DNA of 64,000 bases, from NCBI GenBank assembly GCA_965279515.1, contig CBDIID010000003.1, positions 160,001 through 224,000 of the forward strand, read 5' to 3'. The notes below the pieces were generated by a model. That model was not told where the DNA came from. It saw nothing but the letters and a program-made list of their open reading frames with translations, and did not search any database. Position numbers and translations under genes: made by a program. The first letter of the stretch is position 1. Every line of letters starts with the position of its first letter. This document shows positions 58,521 to 64,000 of the stretch, one piece after another. This stretch comes from Turneriella sp. Lineage in GTDB: Bacteria; Spirochaetota; Leptospiria; Turneriellales; Turneriellaceae.

Positions 58521-59771
58521 TTACAATGGCCGCCCGACCTGGCCTAATGGTGAGCCGTCGGGGGCTGTATAAGCTATCGGCTGTTCATTTCGACGCATTG
58601 GTAGCTGATGGATTTTCTTATACGCGGCGAATACTTCTTCGATGGAAATTAATTTCATACATTGATTGTCTCCCTTGCAGGGCGGGGTTAGAAATTCATG
58701 CACGCATGGACTGCAATATACAGACCTGGTGATGGGGAGGCAGAAGTCATTTAAGCCATAATGCTCGGGTGAACACGGACCAAAAAGAGCAATGGTTTTT
58801 TTCCTCATCGCCAGCGCCATGTGGAGTGGCCCCGTATCGTTCGTAATCATAGCGTAAGCGCCTTCAATCAGCACAATAAGCTCGAATAAGTTCAATTTCC
58901 CGCTTGTGTCGACAACCCGCGGATCGCCAATAAAGGCAGAGCTGATGGAGTTGACGAACCCGGCTTCAGAGCTTGCGCCTATCAGTACGATCTGGGTGCT
59001 CCTGTCTGATCGGAGGATCCTTGTCATGAGACCAAGAAATCTATCCGGGGACCATCGGCGCTCAATTCTCAGATCGGAGGCATTTGGATTGATAATCAGA
59101 TACCTGCGCTTGGGCGAGAGATTGAATTTCTCCAGAAGGAAAGCCTTTCCCTGGATCCGTTTTTCGTGTGGCAGTGCGAGTTTCTGCAGTTCGCGCTCCT
59201 CTTGTTGGCAATGAAGGAGTCTTGCGAACTGGAGGTATACTTCGGAAATGGGGGCATTAATATTGAAATAAACCATATGGGAATACATACCCATTCTGTA
59301 ACGTTTATCGCTTTTGAAATATCCAAAGCGATTCTTTGCCAGACTTAAGGTCGCAATAATATTACTGAAGTTGGAATAGATCTCCAGATCAATGTAGACA
59401 TCCGGCCTTTTTGACCAAAAAAACAGGATAACACCGATAGAACTCAAAGCGGTTTGCACTAATCCCGAATCGTCAATAGTCCGGATCTCATTAACTGAGG
59501 GAATCATGCCTAATAGCTCCCTGTTTTTCTTGATTGTTACGAAGGTAAGCCGGGCCTTAGGGTAACGATGTCTGAGAGTCTGCAGCAGGGGAGTCGCTTG
59601 AATGATACTGCCGAGCCCCAGAAATTTACAGACAACGATATGATTAAAATCGCGGGTAAGGGTGTGATCGATCCTGAGTATCTTCCCCGCAAGACGAACA
59701 ACCAGGTTCAGGGCCCAAACGATGAACACTCCCAGTTTCTGATCAATCAATATTTTGGCTTGTACGCGCAC
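58521..59771 (-). CDS. Glycosyltransferase family 9 (heptosyltransferase-like)
   Basis: TNDTGPLHMA, ALFGP, CSPC. Confidence 0.85.
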   Translation of the reverse strand: MRVQAKILIDQKLGVFIVWALNLVVRLAGKILRIDHTLTRDFNHIVVCKFLGLGSIIQATPLLQTLRHRYPKARLTFVTIKKNRELLGMIPSVNEIRTIDDSGLVQTALSSIGVILFFWSKRPDVYIDLEIYSNFSNIIATLSLAKNRFGYFKSDKRYRMGMYSHMVYFNINAPISEVYLQFARLLHCQQEERELQKLALPHEKRIQGKAFLLEKFNLSPKRRYLIINPNASDLRIERRWSPDRFLGLMTRILRSDRSTQIVLIGASSEAGFVNSISSAFIGDPRVVDTSGKLNLFELIVLIEGAYAMITNDTGPLHMALAMRKKTIALFGPCSPEHYGLNDFCLPITRSVYCSPCVHEFLTPPCKGDNQCMKLISIEEVFAAYKKIHQLPMRRNEQPIAYTAPDGSPLGQVGRPL

Positions 59772-59828
59772 TCCCTGCTAAGGGAGTTTTTTCCTTGACA
59801 TGTCAAGAATATCTCCTTGCATTTTTGA

Positions 59829-61115
59829 ATGTTCAGTGCTGCCACCGGCAAAAAAATCCTGATATTTGCGGCTGTTTTTGCGTACGGTCTGGTTGTATTC
59901 CGCGCCTCAACCATTTCGGGAATTAATTCAGGTAGCGGTAGGAACTCAATTTTCGGAGATGCCTTTAGCGATAATAATACAAATTCCGCCGCACGGTTTT
60001 TTAAGGAATATGGCTTCTTAAAAACCTACCTTCTTCCGGTGCATAATTATGACGGTGTCCGCAAAGGTGAAAAGCCCCTTGTTTACACACATTATCCCGC
60101 GGTACCTGATATTCTTGCGGGTGTCTATGCCACTGTACTTCATTCCACCGATGAACGGGTTTTGAGGATTTTTCCTGTATTGCTTAGTTTGCTTTTGTTG
60201 GTCCTGATCTTTAAGACCCTGAAGAAACTCATACCGGATGAAAAATTTATGATCGGTGTCATTGCCCTCATACTTTCCAATTATTTTATCGCCTGGGCTG
60301 ATAACCTCCACAAACATCTTTATGAGTCGCTAATTGAATGGGCTTATTTTTTTGTTTTATTAAAGCATCACGAGAATAATTGCAGGAAGACCGGGTATTT
60401 GATTCTATTGTGCCTCCTCATGCTGCTAGGTGTGAATATTTCCTTTGAAACTCCCGTATTCATCGGATCATTAACCCTGGGCTTTGCAATTTTTCTGCAA
60501 AGAAAAATATTCACAAAGGAAACACTGATTCTAGGGATCATGTTGCTTCTTGGGTTTTCTCTTCATTTCTGGCAAAATGCCGAATATTTTGGCTCGGCAC
60601 GTGCCGCGTTCGAAGATTTAAAAAAGACATTTGTTACCCGAACTACAGGAATTGATATGGGGGATGGCGTAGAGCGGAAATTTGGGATTGCCGATCTCTG
60701 GCAGGTGCCGGTTTATTCGCTTAACCGCATGGAACGCTATTTTGTTCTTCCGGGGTGGCTGATGGTTTTCTGGAGTTTTTTCAGTTTGCCTAAATTAAAG
60801 CGCGAAGCCCCTCAAACCTTTAAGATTGTTCTGGCGCTATTTCTGGCATCGATTAGCTGGTTTGTGGTAATGTCTCAGCATGCCGTAATTCACCCATTCA
60901 CTGTCAGGCATGTAGGGCCGCTCTATGCGGTTTGTATCTGCTATTTTCTTCCGGATTTTCTGGCGAGCTTTAAACGGCACAGGCAAGAGAAAAAACATTG
61001 GAGAACGTTGATGGACGTCCTCGTTATTATTTATGGGGCTGGAATGTTTCTGACTCAAAGCGTTCTGGATCTATACCTGCGGAATGGTTTCCTCTATCCG
61101 CATTTAGGGAAATAG
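59829..61115 (+). CDS. Multi-TM membrane protein, GT-C glycosyltransferase-like
   Basis: Many TM segments, YTHYP loop motif. Confidence 0.55.
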   Translation: MFSAATGKKILIFAAVFAYGLVVFRASTISGINSGSGRNSIFGDAFSDNNTNSAARFFKEYGFLKTYLLPVHNYDGVRKGEKPLVYTHYPAVPDILAGVYATVLHSTDERVLRIFPVLLSLLLLVLIFKTLKKLIPDEKFMIGVIALILSNYFIAWADNLHKHLYESLIEWAYFFVLLKHHENNCRKTGYLILLCLLMLLGVNISFETPVFIGSLTLGFAIFLQRKIFTKETLILGIMLLLGFSLHFWQNAEYFGSARAAFEDLKKTFVTRTTGIDMGDGVERKFGIADLWQVPVYSLNRMERYFVLPGWLMVFWSFFSLPKLKREAPQTFKIVLALFLASISWFVVMSQHAVIHPFTVRHVGPLYAVCICYFLPDFLASFKRHRQEKKHWRTLMDVLVIIYGAGMFLTQSVLDLYLRNGFLYPHLGK

Positions 61116-61130
61116 TTTTCCCCAGAAACC

Positions 61131-62168
61131 TCAGAACAGAATGTCTTGACCCACATCCAGAATACAGATGTTCTCCGGAGCAAGCCGTTTAGCTTCTGCT
61201 GCAGAAATAGTCTCGCGTTTTGGCTGATCCCAGTCTTCGTCGGCGAGGTCGTATGTGCCCCAGTGGATACCCAGCATTTTTCGCGCGGCAAGATCTTCAT
61301 AGGCGCGGATTGCTTCGTCGGGGGACACATGCACTTCGCGCATAAACCAACGCGGCAGGTAGGCGCCGATCGGCATGAGTGTCAGGTGGATGTCCGGGAA
61401 TTCCTGGGCGATTTCCGTAAAATGCGGCGAATAAGCCGTGTCGCCGGCGAAGTAGATATGCTTCAAAGGCTCATGGAATGAGATCATGAAAGATGCCCAC
61501 AGCGTTTCGTTGCGGTCGGTGGCGCTTCTGCCGGAAAAATGTTTTGCGGGCAGGCAGGTAACAGTGAATTTCCCCATGTCGATCTGCTGCCACCAATCGA
61601 GTTCATGTACCTCGGCGAAACCAAAACCTTTTATCAGCGATGCAACGCGCAGCGGTACAAAGATCGGCGGGTTTTCACGCGCCGCGAGAAACTTCAGCGT
61701 ATCGCTCTCGGCGTGATCATAATGATTGTGCGAGAGCACAATGGCGTCGATACGGGGGAGATCCGCAAGGTCTAGCGCCCGCGCACACAGGCGCTTCGGG
61801 CCCGCAAATTTGACAGGTGAAACACGGTCGCCGAAAACGGGATCGGTGAGAATATTCAAACCGCCGGCCTGCAAAAGCACGGCGGCATGGCCGAGCCAGA
61901 TCGCGCGGGCTTCAATGGCGGCCGGAATTAAATCGTTGCGGCTTAATGTGCGCACTGCCGCAGGTTCGCCGCGCCGGCTGCCCGCTAGGCCTTTACGCAG
62001 CAACCAACCCGCAACATCCAGCGCTTTGTGGCGGATATCGCCGCTCTGCGGATCGAATTTTTCTGATTCAGAATCGGGATGTGCACCCCAGATGTTGCGG
62101 AACTTTTTGCCGTTATGGTGCCGGGTATCGTAACGCGGCAGGTTTCTGATCTCCAGGGTGTTCAGCAT
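61131..62168 (-). CDS. MBL-fold hydrolase (NAPE-PLD/RomA-like)
   Basis: WLGHA, SHNHYDH, FAGDT, IHWGT. Confidence 0.88.
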   Translation of the reverse strand: MLNTLEIRNLPRYDTRHHNGKKFRNIWGAHPDSESEKFDPQSGDIRHKALDVAGWLLRKGLAGSRRGEPAAVRTLSRNDLIPAAIEARAIWLGHAAVLLQAGGLNILTDPVFGDRVSPVKFAGPKRLCARALDLADLPRIDAIVLSHNHYDHAESDTLKFLAARENPPIFVPLRVASLIKGFGFAEVHELDWWQQIDMGKFTVTCLPAKHFSGRSATDRNETLWASFMISFHEPLKHIYFAGDTAYSPHFTEIAQEFPDIHLTLMPIGAYLPRWFMREVHVSPDEAIRAYEDLAARKMLGIHWGTYDLADEDWDQPKRETISAAEAKRLAPENICILDVGQDILF

Positions 62169-62219
62169 CTAAGGGATGCAATACAGCGTTTCGAGAGAGC
62201 ACGTAAACGAAAACCGCAA

Positions 62220-62642
62220 TTAGCCGGGGCTGTGTTCGCGCAGATACCGGAGTAACACGAGTTTCGCCGCTTCAGAGTCCTGGGCGCGGTGTTTCTTTTT
62301 GCGGCCAAGCCCCGTTTCCTGCAGCAGTTCATCCGCTTCCTGGCTGCTATAGGATTCATCGACGAAATCCATCCGCATTCCCGGTATGGCCGCAGCGAGT
62401 TTATCGCCAAAGGCCCGGATTTGCCGGTGGATATCACCCTCAACATCGGAAAAAGGGAAACCCAGGAGCATGCGGGTTACTTTTTCTGCGCGGATGGCCT
62501 TGTGGATTTCGATGACGGGATCCGTGCGCCCCGCGTCGATGGTGCCCAGCGCGCGCGCGGTGATGCCCGGGAAATCGGCTACAGCGAGGCCGATGAATCT
62601 GGAGCCATAGTCGATGCAGATGAGGCGTTCGGAATCACTCAC
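62220..62642 (-). CDS. ruvX: YqgF/RuvX nuclease
   Basis: IDYGSRFIGLA, VDESYSS, DSEAA. Confidence 0.88.
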   Translation of the reverse strand: MSDSERLICIDYGSRFIGLAVADFPGITARALGTIDAGRTDPVIEIHKAIRAEKVTRMLLGFPFSDVEGDIHRQIRAFGDKLAAAIPGMRMDFVDESYSSQEADELLQETGLGRKKKHRAQDSEAAKLVLLRYLREHSPG

Positions 62643-63201
62643 CGTCGAAAAGTTTTAACTGGTTAGCGTCGGTGACCTGGGCGATGTAGGGCAGGTTGCG
62701 CATGAAGCCCTTGTAATCCATGCCGACGCCGACGACGAATTCATCGGAGACCTCGAATGCCTTGTACTTCACCGGATAGACCAGCTTGCCTTGCGCAGCG
62801 ACGTTTTTGGGTTTGATGAGCAAGGTGGCGATTTCAACGGATGCCACGCCGCGGCCCTTGAGCAGGTCTACCATACACTGCAGCGTGAGGCCCGTATCGA
62901 TGATATCTTCAGCTATTACGACATGCTCGCCATGCGGGTCGTCACTGAGGTCTTTGAGGATTTTAATATTACCTGAAGAAGTCGTGGCCTTGCCATAGCT
63001 CGAAATTTCCATAAAATCGATTTTGACCGGCATCTCAATCGCCCGGATAAGATCGGCCATAAAAACGAAACAGCCCCGCAGAGCGCCGATCACACGCACA
63101 TGGCTTTTACCCGCATAATCCGCAGTGATTTGTTTCCCGAGTTCGGCGACGCGGGCCTCGAGTTCCGCCTTGGATATCAGCGGTGGAATAGGTTCATACA
63201 T
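62635..63201 (-). CDS. hpt: Hypoxanthine phosphoribosyltransferase
   Basis: EDIIDTGLTL, FVVGVGMDY, RNLPYI. Confidence 0.94.
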   Translation of the reverse strand: MYEPIPPLISKAELEARVAELGKQITADYAGKSHVRVIGALRGCFVFMADLIRAIEMPVKIDFMEISSYGKATTSSGNIKILKDLSDDPHGEHVVIAEDIIDTGLTLQCMVDLLKGRGVASVEIATLLIKPKNVAAQGKLVYPVKYKAFEVSDEFVVGVGMDYKGFMRNLPYIAQVTDANQLKLFDGE

Positions 63202-63206
63202 GGTCG

Positions 63207-63692
63207 TCAGATTCCCGATTCACCGACGAGGCGGCCGTAGGTGCGTATCAGGTCGGTGATGGTGATGACCCCCATGAGTTTTTCGCCTTCAACCACCGGA
63301 ATAGTGCGTTGGCCGTAGGTCGTGAAGAGCCGCGCCGCAGAATCCAGCGAATCGGTTGGTTTCAGGGAATGCAAAATCGGTTTTTCGATCAGGCTTTCGA
63401 GCGAAGAGCGCAGGTAATCCATCTTGTCAGAAAAACTTTCCACATAACTTTTATGTAACAGGTCAAAGGCACTCAATACCGACCAGGGTTTGCCGTCTTT
63501 CATGACAATGAGGCCGTGGATGTTGTTCTCGATCAGCGTACGCGCAGCGGTCGCCAGCAAATCACCGGCATCCAGGGTGATGACATCTGCCTTCATCACA
63601 TCGCGGACGCGCGTATGGCGGATCTTGGAAAGCCGCGCATGCAGGGAATTCAGTGTTTTATGTTCAATACTATCGTGTTTCGCCTGTTCCAT
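63207..63692 (-). CDS. CBS domain pair protein
   Basis: VRDVM...; PVVEGEKLMGVITITDL. Confidence 0.85.
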   Translation of the reverse strand: MEQAKHDSIEHKTLNSLHARLSKIRHTRVRDVMKADVITLDAGDLLATAARTLIENNIHGLIVMKDGKPWSVLSAFDLLHKSYVESFSDKMDYLRSSLESLIEKPILHSLKPTDSLDSAARLFTTYGQRTIPVVEGEKLMGVITITDLIRTYGRLVGESGI

Positions 63693-63702
63693 GGATATCC
63701 TG

Positions 63703-64000
63703 TCAGCGGAACACAATGTTACGCTTTAAAACCTCTTTATTTAATTCGTGTTGAATGCGATAGCGGATGTTCTGGTTGATCTCTTTGACAAAACGCGCGT
63801 CTTTGATATCTTTCTTATTGTATTTGCTGAAGTCGATCGCCGGCAAAATTTTAATTTTCCATTTTGCCGGAAACGGAATCCAGTTCAGGGGCAGGGGAAT
63901 CGATGCGCCCATCGATTCCTTAAACAGATCGATCTTCGCGAGATTGATATTACTTTCTTCGGCGCCGATGATGGCAACCGGTACCACGGGTGCCTGCTGC
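63703..64000 (-). CDS. Lysophospholipid acyltransferase family protein, 3' part
   Basis: PVVPVAIIGAEE...PLP..P motif; truncated at the window edge. Confidence 0.7.
   Translation of the reverse strand, partial: QQAPVVPVAIIGAEESNINLAKIDLFKESMGASIPLPLNWIPFPAKWKIKILPAIDFSKYNKKDIKDARFVKEINQNIRYRIQHELNKEVLKRNIVFR

Noticed and set aside
10812..64000. Many long antisense or overlapping ORFs (e.g. 14952-15641, 42639-43403, 50974-51786)
   Set aside because: Shadow ORFs of GC-rich coding genes with no recognisable motifs.

Overview
Bacterial chromosomal window. Gene content and style suggest a Leptospiraceae spirochaete, possibly Turneriella-like (inference). Bases 1-10.7 kb hold an integron-like gene-cassette array that continues past the left edge. 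Ten 214-218 bp attC-like repeats, folding into a multi-branched structure with compensatory base changes, separate single AT-rich ORFs: three HEPN proteins, an Imm11-like protein, and membrane or lipoproteins. Each of the ten complete cassettes has its own 16-22 bp terminal inverted repeat with an invariant G.T pair at position 11. The array ends at an attI-like site only ~137 bp from the mlaD stop codon, and no integrase gene lies in the window. The remainder is mostly core chromosome: mlaEFDD, a Tim44-like protein, a CDF transporter, tetR, a phosphomutase, vapBC, leuA with a candidate Leu-rich attenuator, tRNA-Val, DUF4178/DUF350 genes, an AsmA protein, an MFS transporter, murG, alpha-2-macroglobulin, a Doc-type toxin-antitoxin pair, two ATP-grasp/alpha-E/transglutaminase units with sigma54-type promoters, an EAL protein, glycosyltransferases, ruvX and hpt. 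There are also several palindromic REP-like elements and two frameshifted genes. All product calls come from visual motif recognition; no database searches were run.
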